A stretch of DNA of 63,925 nt, filler included, from Perkinsus chesapeaki ATCC PRA-425 (Eukaryota; Protista; Perkinsozoa): assembly GCA_013115145.1 (NCBI GenBank). It is 11 parts of 11 records of this genome, joined end to end, with 100 filler letters (N's around TTAATTAATTAA, not from the genome) between each part and the next. Parts side by side here need not be neighbours in the genome. Positions count along the whole stretch, not along the records: positions 46,888 to 53,347 come from JAAPAO010001083.1; positions 53,448 to 54,921 come from JAAPAO010001940.1; positions 55,022 to 57,043 come from JAAPAO010001697.1; positions 57,144 to 58,144 come from JAAPAO010002293.1; positions 58,245 to 60,631 come from JAAPAO010001619.1; 6 more parts are not named here. One strand, written 5' to 3'. Within the stretch, counting starts at the first letter, position 1. Every line of letters begins with the position of its first letter. A program made the position numbers and the translations under genes. Positions 47,017 through 58,308 of the stretch are shown one piece after another. The notes beneath the pieces were generated by a model. The model saw nothing but the letters and a program-made list of their open reading frames with translations, was not told the DNA's origin and made no database searches.

Positions 47017-50000
47017 TTATGCAGGGGAGCGTAGGGGATTTTCCGTTGTTGGACGGATCAGCATGCATACTATTCGAGGTGTTCCGATCTTATCCGTGGA
47101 GGGCCTGAATACTAACATTTCCTCGCTTGCTATCGCCTCCTGTGAGTCTCGAGTCATCATTGTTATAACTGGTGTTCTTAGCATTAATATAATCGGAATG
47201 TAGAACCATCTTGTGGTAGGAATGTCATCACTTCTGAAGTGTGAAATATTAGATGGTATAACCCAGCGCAGATACTTCAAACCACGATGCCATTACGGTT
47301 AATATGAAGATGAAGGTTACTGTAACAAACGCAAGAGTGTAGGGATTGATTGGCAAGGAAATGCATTGGCTTATCGTCGAAAAAAGTTAACCAAACAGTG
47401 ATCGATTATTACTGCTGCCAAATACACCACCACGAGACACCTGAAATGACCACAATGCGTTTCGCTCTATATAACTGATCTCACCCGTCCTCCAACATCT
47501 GCATTTTTATTAGTCTTATAGTTCACTTTCCTTTTGTTTTCCTTAACACCCTTTCCGCGTCCCCAAGCATCAGCCAGAATGGTCGCCTTGCTCTCGGCCT
47601 CAGGCCATGACTCAACACCAACGGAGAAGTTGGCACGGATACAAAGGGCCAGTGAGACATGTGATAGCAGAGACTGAGATATGCGCAATATTATGATGGT
47701 AAAGAAAGGATAATCTTACCGTGTCCGCATCAGGCAATTGATCAGAGCTTCGATTCAACAGTTCATCCCAAGGCAAGATTAGACAGTCCTTCATCAGCGC
47801 CGCCGATACATACGATGGTGGCTGGACCTTCGGATCTGGGCAGATATTCTCCCTTGTAGAGACCAATAGGAAACTGAAATCGTCGATGTCCAGATGGATG
47901 AGAGAGATGAGGTACTCTAACAAGGCCGCTACGGCAGAGCCGTCTTGCTTCTTGGGATTCATTCGCCATGCCTTGTCCAGAGCTTGTATGGACCTGAAGG
48001 TTAAATGCTATTGGCAAATCTTCCATATTAATATCCTACAGCTCAGTAAGCTCCTTTATTGTGGCATCAGCAGCTACGGCCAGAGATGGTAACCTCAGCG
48101 CTCCAGGAAGATATCGATTCCAAGCCTGATAACGCAGAGATGTGCAATGGACTCTCCGAGTCATACGGGTAGAAAATAATAGCTGTACTATACGAAGCTG
48201 AGGAATGATATTTTTCCAATTTGCATACGAAAAACGCACATGCAACAGAATCCACTTTCCGCGAAGTAACGAGTTTCATCGAACTGCTTACGGTTGCGAG
48301 CTTCTTTAGACACTCAATAGCCTCGCCAAGAGCTGCTTCAGCGGACGCCATGTCACTTGAGTTCAGAAGACCACGTTTCCACGCATCCGACCCTACAGAG
48401 GTCAGCCTTGTAAGTAAACGCTACAATCCTCCTTACCGTTCGCTAACTTCTGCCTAGCACTCTCAGACGCCTTGTTGATGGCTTGGGCAAAGATGACTGT
48501 GGCAGCTTCTCTGAGCCGGAGAACGAGATCCAGCCCAGAATCGCGCCGGTCTATTTTCATGGACTTGGGGACGTCCAATAGCAGTCTGACGCTAAGATAC
48601 GATACATCTAATAGTAGCAAGCCGGCCTGACATAAAAAATGACCGCGCGCCACGAAAATGGGTTTACTTTGACAGGGTCATTGACGATTATATCTCGATG
48701 AGCATCCCGTTTAAGAATTATGAAGAGGTCGATGAGGTTCCTCTTCTCCGAGGGGTTCAATTCTATCAGCTTCCACAGAGTCTGGAAATCACATATCAAC
48801 ACAACGCATGAGAAGCAACTCACTTGAGCACTTTTGGATATTCTGTCAGGACAGTTAGACATCCATGTCTCCGAAGCAGCCATGCTGGAGACGTGCGCCC
48901 CACCAGTTACGAGCTGAAGAGCGACGACGGTTCAAGGATGCGACTGAGGCACGTTACATTGTCCAGTTCTTTCTTGTCAACCTCGATAGTCTCCGTCACA
49001 CCTTCCACAGTATCGGCAACAAGCTCCTGCCGAGCAGTGGCAAGAACCTTCGATCGTTCTGCCCTCTTTTCGGCTTCATCACGGGTTGACAGCCCGTCCT
49101 GAATAAAAAGGCCTTGCCGGGAATCGAACCCGGGACCTCCTTCCGACCCTTATAGGGCACATGTCATCCTTAATGAAGCCCTTATCCTGCATATTGTTCT
49201 CCAATTCTCGAGCTCGCTCCTCTGATGAGGAGATATCGTAATTTTTGGATCGCAGCAGCCGTCGAGCAATGCCTGGCCAAAGCGTGGAACCAAGGGCTAG
49301 CAGAGCTTCAGAATCTGAGGTATCTTTATAAGACGTCTTGTCCTCGCGTCAAACTAAGATACCTCCACTGAAGGCCGTCGATGCAAGGAAGTCCACCATC
49401 GTTTCCAGGGCCTCGGCGACTTGTCCGAACTCGACTTCCCCTTTTGCTTCGTTGAGCTTCAGGGTCCACTCTTCATCCGTAATGGAGGCTGACAGCGACC
49501 TTGGGTACTTTAAAAGAGTCCTAAGCACCTGATAAATAATGACAGGATTGAAAAGACACCGATGCCCTCACATTAGCATTTATGTTCTCGGCAACATCAC
49601 AGATGAGGTCAGTTTCAACGGCGAGGAGCCTAGCACCCTGCCAAAGCTCGGGAGAGATGGTACTGAAGGAATAAAAAGTTATACCAAAGAGGTATCCTTT
49701 AATTGAAAAGAATTGAATGAAAGAGCGGTATGAAACAAAACTCACTTTCCAGAAAGTTTGCACTTGTCGACCTTAAGGACAGGACCCGACCGAAGTGATG
49801 ACGTCATGGCTTCAACCATCGAAATGAACGCAGTTGAGTATCTGTTAATAATCTCAAAACTCATAACACATGCCTACAGTTCATTGCAGTCGGTGACGAT
49901 CTTGGGGCAGTTCCGAGGCGCCATAGGAGTTGACACTGCTTCCAGCTCGCCACGTACATCAGCCAGAGCTCGGCATCTGGAAAGGAGTACCATATCAGAT

Positions 50001-50619
50001 GAACATGATACTTACCTCGCGAGGATGCCGTCGATGCTTTCACCTGGCTCCCCGTGGGTATCCATTTCAAACACCTTGCCGAGGCTTCGACGAGCCTTGG
50101 CCACTTGCCCGCTGATTCGGCACGCCTCTTCCAACGACGACACTTCTTCCTTCAATTTGGCGACTCGAGACTGGAGGACCATCGATGATTACAAAATTGC
50201 TAATACAACTCACGTCCACATTTCCCAAAGTACTGTCGGAGTCTCTGAGCCTTCTGGTCACTTCACTTAGCGACTCCTTGGCAGATTCGATCTTCTGAAT
50301 TGTACTTGACAATCGGATGTCCCTACAGTACACCTGCGGCACATCAGCCTATCGAACCCTACGTATGGATGAACTCCTTCCTATTCTTGTCCAGTGTATC
50401 CTCCACTCGCTGCTCCAGAGCGTGAACGTACTCTCGAGCCTCCTCGGTCCAGGTCTCCAGCTGTGCTGTACTAACCTCATCAAGAGCGAACTCCGGTTGC
50501 GTTAGGCATTCTGGAAGGTCCCAAGGCTCGCTGTCGTCGCCGTGGGGTTCGTAATTGGGGTACTGGCTGATGGTGCTGCCCGGGTCGTAGGCTCCACCGT
50601 CTTCATCCATGGTGTCCAT
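47017..50619 (-). CDS. Hypothetical multi-exon helical/coiled-coil protein; 3' end uncertain
   Basis: Exons join in frame across GT-AG introns from MDTMDEDGG (50619) through MCPIR|DGLSTRDEAEKR, ELDN|LVTGGAHVSSMAASETW and HRDIIVNDPVK. No family recognised. Confidence 0.45.
49110..49147 (-). pseudogene. Well-preserved tRNA 3' half, sense, forming intron 49099-49147
   Basis: GTCGGAAGGAGGTC-CCGGG-TTCGATT-CCCGG-CAAGGCC followed by TTTTTATTCAG. Confidence 0.75.
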
Positions 50620-50721
50620 GCACAGTCAAAAAAGAGAATGAAATCTTAACAGAGAAAGTGGATAACGCGAGACCAATGAAAAGGTAATTGCAATCACGCT
50701 TGAAGTATTCTCGTGCATCCC

Positions 50722-50756
50722 TCTGAAGGCCCCAGGTTCGAACCCTCGCGGCGGCA
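50722..50756 (+). pseudogene. Intergenic tRNA 3'-half relic (Phe-like)
   Basis: TCTGAAGGCCCCAGGTTCGAACCCTCGCGGCGGCA; no 5' half upstream. Confidence 0.6.
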
Positions 50757-51001
50757 AGTTTATAACGGTCCTCGAAAACCTAAGCAGTAAATAAGGCGGC
50801 AGTCTTCTTAAAAAGAGGATTCTGTGGATTGTTAAAAGTTATTCGGCGGAACTACTTGGTAAAAATTCACCCGCACACATTCATCTGAATTAATGCCAGT
50901 ATAGCGGAGATGTGTAAGAAATGTGGTATCAGCCAAGCATCAGGTATGATGAAATGGGTGGTTCCCTATAATTCCCTCTTCTCCAACAGCGACCTTAGTG
51001 A

Positions 51002-53100
51002 TTAGCAATTCCGTGAGTTACCGTGGTGATGCTGTCGGTGCACACGTTTATCGTATCCATTCTCACTGATGTCCAATATGCTCCGAACCGGTGAGGAGAT
51101 CTGAGCTACTTTTGCAACCTCAGTCGTAGGAGTCTGAATCACCATAACCAGGGAATCCTTCTCGACCGTGTCACCATCGCTGGCATGGGAAAGAACACTG
51201 CAGCCTGCTGAGGACTGAACAAACATGGACTCGAAATCTTTAATGTTGGCTCAGCCCACCGGGTCGATGAAGCCAAGGCTGATCATATGGCGCTCGAGCT
51301 GGCAGCGTTCAGCATCTGGCAGCTTGGTGATGATACGTTCAAGAATAGCAGGCCACAGCAGTCTCCCCATAGCAAGATAAGCTGCGTCATCTGAAAGTCA
51401 TTTTACGCTTTTTCAATCAGAAAATACGCCACCTCACCTCCCGAGAAGACCGTTCGGTGGAGGAACTCCGCCAAAGTCTCCAGAACAACGTGAATGTTGG
51501 ATTCTTCCTTCTCCGGCTGGCAATCGAGGGAGATCGACCATTCCCTTGCAAAGCCAGTATACGTGATGCTGTATGCGCCACTGTGACTGGTAAGTGGATA
51601 GATGATCTGAGAAAACTAATAGTGAAGACGCTCATATAAGAGGTATTGGCCTAGCAAATGGACTATATCGACTATTGCTAAAATAATACAGCTACTGATG
51701 GTATTATCTTCATTCAATTATACGACATATATGATAGCCTTGTCTCATAAGTATATCTGCATACACTCTTCAAGATTAAGAGATTACGCTGCCCAGGTAT
51801 AGTCCTTTACCGGCGCAATGATAACAATGCACCAACTGCTAGGGCAGCATTGTTCAATCAAGCTGCATTCTAAACCATACTAGCTCCAATTCATCTCGCT
51901 TGAGCCGCAATTCTCCAAGATGCCATCCAAAAATTTCACTAGCCATCGCAGTTCCAACAATTTTTTCGAAATTTCAGGAAAACTTTCCAGGCAAGTGGAT
52001 CGAATGTCGCCTTACTTCAGTTTGAATGCACGTTCCCAGCTCCTCCAAAATATCGGATTCGACATCCAAAGCTCGGGTGCCAATCCAAAGGCCAGGGCAG
52101 ATTAAACTGATAGAAAAACCGTAATCCACCATGACCGGCAATTAGGCACTTACTCGCTTGTTAAGTGCAAATGATCTACAGTCAGTACTGGCCCCTTGGT
52201 AACTGTTTTAACCAGACCTTCAATCGTATCGAACACAGTGGCCTCGAACCTGATACCCACTGGAGCTTCAACGATCGCTGCCTTACAAATTCAAGCATGA
52301 GCTAATGATATCAGGGCAACCTCTTCGATTAGCAGGTGCAACTTCTTCCAGGAGCCCACGAGCTGCTCGGACCAGCTGGCACCTACTTCACAGGTACAAG
52401 GCAGAGCGGGAGAAGTGCCCACCGTTGGATGATATCTTCGAGGTCAGGCTTGGCAATAGCCTCATCGAGAAAGATTCTGGCTTGTGAAATGCGCTGGTGA
52501 ACCAAAGATGCTTCCTTGAGTACAGCAAGCTGTCCTGTAAGACGGGCCACTTCATTCTGATTGGGGAGTCTTCACACAGGAAATGTCTTCCCCTTACACT
52601 AGCTTCCGCAAGGCGCTCTTGATCAGCCATCAGCCTCGACTTAACACTACGCAGGCGGTCTTGTGCACGGTCGGTGGCACCAATAGCAATGGAGAGGCGA
52701 GTGTCACTAGGAAGAATATTGAAGAGCCAATAGGGTTGCAATAAATGGTAAAAAAATAAAACCAGCCTTGCCAACGGAAGTTGGCCACTTGAGAAGGTTA
52801 ACAGATTACAGGTTTAATTCGCGGATAACCTCAACTTTGGCCACTTGGAAAATCTCGAGGGTCGGTTGGCAACCATATTTCCCCCTTACGTTCGAACATA
52901 GTCGATCCAGGATGCTTCTATTCCTTCTATAATGAATGATTGCAGTGCTTCCATCTCCGCTCTAGCCGATACCGCCAGCTTTGAGCAAGACTAAGATGAG
53001 AAGTCGGTATGAGAATCACAGCGAGCGAATAGTCTTACCGACGGTTCGTAAGGGTCCAGCTTCCGCGATTTATTATGACCATTGGTGTCAGCGGGCATTC
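51002..53100 (-). CDS. Hypothetical multi-exon protein; ends uncertain
   Basis: Several coding-like segments separated by GT-AG introns (SWIDYVRT, VGIRFEATVFDTIEG, VMVIQTPTTEVAKVAQ). No family recognised. Confidence 0.4.
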
Positions 53101-53756
53101 ATTTACAGAGGGAATAAAACCAAAAGGGGAAATGAAACTGTTCACTGGGAGGACGCAGCTGGAGACTCATACAGCCTGTATGATACAGGGTTGTGAAAAA
53201 GGGACGTACATTCACTATATAATTTCTCCGTATCACTAGTAGCGGATGATAGGTTACATATCTCCTATTGAGCGTTCTATTATATCTCCTCCTCCGTATC
53301 ACTAGTAACATATTTCCTATCAAACTCCTTTCTATTATATCTCCTCCNNNNNNNNNNNNNNNNNNNNNNNNNNNNNNNNNNNNNNNNNNNNTTAATTAAT
53401 TAANNNNNNNNNNNNNNNNNNNNNNNNNNNNNNNNNNNNNNNNNNNNACCTGCAAGCATATTGGTGCTTGCTCATTCCGGAAGGGATTTCCCGGAGGAGC
53501 AGTTGTCCCCGTGAAGTTAATTGTTTGGAAATTGTGAAACTGTCAGTACCGTCGATCATCGGCCTTCGTTGGGGAACAGCAGCGGCGGCGAAGTACACGG
53601 AATATTGCGAGTAATGTCAAACTATTAAACTGTCAAACTACACCAACCACTGGCGATGTCACGGCTGAATGTGAGTCCAAAGAGGAGCACCAATCGCTCT
53701 AAGGCGCCACTGAAGGCGTTAACGAATTCGCTCCCTGAAACCGATCAAGATTTAAG

Positions 53757-54800
53757 ATGTGCTTAGGCTTTGAACTGCTCTATTTAGGCACCACTTCTCC
53801 CGAGGGTGAAGGAAGTCAAGGACTTGATGTTGCACCATCCGGAGCGCGCTGCCCTATTTGTGATCGTGTTTATCACATAGATTGTGGAGATTTACGACCC
53901 ATAGGATTTGAAACCAGAGAGGCTCTTGGTATCCGAGGTGAGCTAGTTGTGGTAAATCTTAGCATAGCTATGAAGGGGTAGGTATTTCATACTTGTGTGG
54001 AGTGTGTCGTAAACGGAGACAGGAGGCCTACAGGTTAGAAACAACAGGCAACAAGACCGTTCCTGTTGGGCCTGAGTACCAGGCCCCGGATATTCCTAAA
54101 TTGTGGTGCCAAACCTCTGGAGAGTGGAGGCGTGGTCGACCAATGGCCCAGCCAAGATGTGTACGTACGCGTCGAGTTATAATAAGTAACTGTGGCGTCT
54201 CAGGTGTGGAACCCGAAACTAGCAAGATCATATGGACTGACTGAAGAAGACATCGATGAATTCCTAGAGATGGCTGAATATGCTTGGCCTGGACAAGCGA
54301 TAGTATATACTCGAACATCAACACGAAAGTCACAGACTCCCGAACTGGCTTCAAGGCAATCAAGGTGAGCGGAAGTCTCGATATAAAACTGAATTTTCGA
54401 GATCCTCAGCCGTCTTCAAGTTTCACGTGCGGAGGTGCCGTTGGAGTATCAATTGCCGTTTTCTACGGATACTGCTTTGGGTGTATTGCACTTAGCAAGG
54501 TGTGTTAAGACGATTATAGCCTTCCTGTTTTAATGACATACTTTTAGGTATGATTGTGATAAGGCACTACAGTTGTTGAACTGTCCTGAGTTTTATACAC
54601 CGAGGGGAGCAAAGCCAATTGATAACAGACCGCCTAGCCAAAGCATCATGGTTACCAAACTTGACTTACCTACGAAACCATACAATAACAAATGGAGGCC
54701 AAAAGATAAACGAGAGCGAATCTCTGCGGTAAAAGCGCTTCACAAATGACTTAGTATGTCTTACTCTACATAGATACCTTACCCTCTTAAGTATAGACGG
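53757..54800 (+). CDS. PHD-finger plus ELM2-domain chromatin protein, partial
   Basis: RCPICDRVYHIDC...LCGVCRK (PHD-like), then TVPVGPEYQAPDIP...IIW...EEDIDEFL (ELM2-like). Confidence 0.65.
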
Positions 54801-55328
54801 TTGCTGCCTGCATCTCCTCAATCAGAAATCAAATGTAGCGTTGCCGACAATCACTGCAGGAGGCAATTATGACACTTTAAGAACAACACTGTATCATTCT
54901 GTGTTTATGATTGAACGGATTNNNNNNNNNNNNNNNNNNNNNNNNNNNNNNNNNNNNNNNNNNNNTTAATTAATTAANNNNNNNNNNNNNNNNNNNNNNN
55001 NNNNNNNNNNNNNNNNNNNNNGAACGTGAGCAACAGAGATGGTACCACCATAGCTCCGGATACGAGTAATCTCCTGAACAACACACTCTACTAAGCGTGT
55101 GATAGACCGCTTCTCCAAAGCGCGAGAAGATTTAAGTCGGATGACAGCGGATGGATCATTCATCCAACTTATAGAAGAACGATTATCACAGCGTAGAGAG
55201 ATGTCGACTTTGAGATTACGCGATTGCTTATATGAAGAAGAATCATATTCATTAAGAATAATTATTTAAGGCTTCATATCAAACTCCGCTGCATGCAACT
55301 CTGCAAGTAATGACTTTCGTCATCCAAA

Positions 55329-57043
55329 TTACTTATCAGCTCTCGACTTCAGAAGAATCAAGGTCTTTAAACGGTCTGCTGTCAAGGAAGACCGCGAAGA
55401 CCTTGCCAATGACCCTGCTGTTGAAAAACAGCATTCCGAACTAATACTAGTACATGGCATCGACGAGATCAACAATGCTAATCGACTTAACGGCTGAAGA
55501 TCTTGCTGCATTTGCCAAAATTTTTCGTAGGCAGAGAGTTTTTTACAATTCGGCTTGTCGCTCGGGGCAACAAATTTCCGAGCCCGAGCCTCATATTCGA
55601 GCATGATCGCTTGTGCTCTCTCAAGTGGATCACTCAAAGGGTTAACATCTTCGTATGGAGTACTGCTCTGCACGAAGTCATTTATTAGGTTGTCAAAGGT
55701 GAGCTTGTCCTCAGATTCCTGGGCTGACCTTTGTGAAGAGTCAGCTCTTTCATTATCCGTATTCGGCAGTTCCAGGCCAAATGCTTCCAAACATTGCATA
55801 GCGGCTTCTCGCCCAACCTCATCGCTCACCTGATACTTCTCGTGCGGATTCACTGTCTGACGTCTAGTGATAGGGTTAAGATAGCAACCGCATACGACCA
55901 CTGCTTCCTCACCAAGATACGCGAAGTAAAACGCTATACGTTCAAGCAGTTTTTCTTTCAGGTCACAAACAACTCGATTATCAGACGACTCTTCACTTTC
56001 AAGGTGGCGTCGGAGGGCCCCAATGGCCACCATCAAGCTAGGGAGAGTTGGGTAACGACTGCCTCCTAGCCAAGTAATGCAAAGCTTGAATGGGTGCAAT
56101 ACATCGCGGATACTCTCTAGCACTCTATAGTCCCCATGACTGAGGCGACATGATTCTACCACCTTATAGACTGGTGATGAGGGCGGCACGTTCTCTTCAA
56201 CTGACCTTTGCCATTCCTCATATTGCACACGATAATCCAAGACCTGCTCTATCATTTTTAGAGTGGAGTTCCACCTAGTTACAGTATCACCACAATATGA
56301 GGTTCCACCCTTGCCCTTCGGTGGAAATCGAGCCCGGACGCTAACCATAATATCGCGAGCCGTTGTGGATGATCTTAATAGTGACATCAGAGACCGAGTT
56401 TTTTCAACAGCTCGCCTCACAGACGTCTGGGATCTGCAGCTTCTTCCAATGACCTCTACGCCTTCGCTGAAACGATCATCGTTACCAGGTGGCATCCATG
56501 AGGGTTCCTCCTCTTCAGCGTCACTCTCGGCCTCGGCCAAAATACCAGGCGGAAGCACATCCTCCGAGTTAGCTTCCTTCTTGCTCTTTTCCTTTTTCTT
56601 CTCCATCTCGGCTATGGTCTGCTCTGCTTCGATCAGTTTGCCATCAGCGGACTGGCGTTCATACGTTGTTGCTGCTGTACTAGACTTTCTGTATAGTCCA
56701 AGTCCATTCACAACAACAAGATGGAGTCGATGGGCTGCACATGGCAGCCACACCAATAATCCAGGGATCTCGTCATTTTCAAAAATGTCCTCGAAACATT
56801 TTTTCATAGAGCTCGCGGAGTCACTAACTGCAACTCTGATCTGAAATTCACAGTATGGGACACATCGGGCAATCAAACTGGTCGATTACCAGTGGTGAAC
56901 TCACCTTTCCCCCGAGGTCAAGGGCGTTGATAGATTTGGCCAACACGCCCCTAATATTGTCGGCAGTATAGGGTCCGCGTATGGTTTCGAAACCCACGAC
57001 CTTGGAGCGCATGGTGCCAGCGAGGTCCGGGCTTCCAATGCCA
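55329..57043 (-). mobile_element. hAT-superfamily transposase, 5'-truncated, with one intron (56841-56904)
   Basis: GPYTADNI..., KIRVAVSDSASSM, CAAHRLHLVV, TRWNSTLKMIE, MPCTSISSECCFSTAG (C-terminal dimerisation region). Confidence 0.9.
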
Positions 57044-57143
57044 NNNNNNNNNNNNNNNNNNNNNNNNNNNNNNNNNNNNNNNNNNNNTTAATTAATTAAN
57101 NNNNNNNNNNNNNNNNNNNNNNNNNNNNNNNNNNNNNNNNNNN

Positions 57144-58144
57144 CTGGCTATAATAAAGATATATTATAGGGATATTATTAATTAATACTAGTATAATATA
57201 AATAGTGATAATATATAATATAAGTTATTAATAAATAAGAAATATGGTATTATTATATTAATTATCAATAAATGAATACCCCGCATTATAATTATTAATA
57301 TATAAATATAGAATATATAGATATGCGGGGTAATTGATAGGGAATAATAATAATATAATTCATAATATACATTACATAATGTTATATCTAATTATTAATA
57401 TGATATACTATAAATTATCTATTAATATATAACTAATAAGATGTAATAAGATATAATATATACATTATTATATATAATCTATAATAAACCCTATATTGTA
57501 TATCTAACTATTTACCAGTGAATTATCTATTAAATACAGATTAATATAAAATATAATATATAAAATATAAATATAAAGTATTAAATATGGAATAATTATA
57601 AGTAATAAATTATATATTAAAATAAAGCATGGCAATAATCTAATAATTATATATAAAGCATGGCACAGTTAATATAAGATATTTAATGAGATAACTACCT
57701 AAAATTATATATATATATTGACCGTTATAATATACTTATGGAATATAATAAATTAATAATATATAAATTAGTCTATTAAATAGATATCTATTGGTATTTC
57801 ATCATATGTATATTTATATTATAATGCCCTCATATTATTATATTATAGCAATACCATATGTTTATTATATATTATTATTAATGGTATTGCATGAGGGCAT
57901 ATTTCTATATATAATAATCTATTTTATTTATAATATTTATTTATATTTATCTATATTGAATATATTATATATAATCATAAGTATACATTATAAATCTATA
58001 ATTTTATATTATATCTATTGGTATATTAATTATATTATATATGATATGTAATAATAAATACTAGTTATCTATAGTAATATAGTAAATATATACATATTAA
58101 ATATAAATACAGTATATAACTAATTACAATAAATCATTAATATA
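57144..58144. other. Extremely AT-rich contig with GC-rich stem-loops; probably mitochondrial DNA or a nuclear copy of it
   Basis: Composition unlike the rest of the window. Inverted repeats at 57277-57332 and 57824-57900, plus an LSU-rRNA-like motif on the minus strand at 57691-57729. No cox1/cox3/cob frame recognised. Confidence 0.5.
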
Positions 58145-58244
58145 NNNNNNNNNNNNNNNNNNNNNNNNNNNNNNNNNNNNNNNNNNNNTTAATTAATTAA
58201 NNNNNNNNNNNNNNNNNNNNNNNNNNNNNNNNNNNNNNNNNNNN

Positions 58245-58308
58245 CGATGTGGATGATACTAAACCACTGCCTGCCGGGGTGGTGTACTGAAGTGGATGAT
58301 ACTAAACG
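58245..58308 (-). repeat. Minisatellite related to the 43-bp repeat at 22724
   Basis: Reverse complement has GTTTAGTATCATCCAC twice at ~42-bp spacing, compare GTTTAGTATCGGCCAC. Confidence 0.65.

Noticed and set aside
50761-50772. TATAACGGTCCT, identical to an LSU rRNA stretch
   Set aside because: 12-nt match with no continuation into AAGGTAGC.
56263-56844. 193-aa plus-strand ORF
   Set aside because: Antisense shadow of the hAT transposase.
56972-57010. tRNA-3'-half-like string CCAAGGTCGTGGGTTTCGAAACCATACGCGGACC on the minus strand
   Set aside because: It lies in the open hAT frame (SKVVGFETIRGPYTADNI), so it is a coding coincidence. It also shows the false-positive risk for weak tRNA-like matches.
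57144-57560. AGGG sites as possible Perkinsus mitochondrial frameshift codons of cox1 or cob
   Set aside because: Shifting frame at these sites hits TAA within a few codons and gives no recognisable cytochrome sequence.
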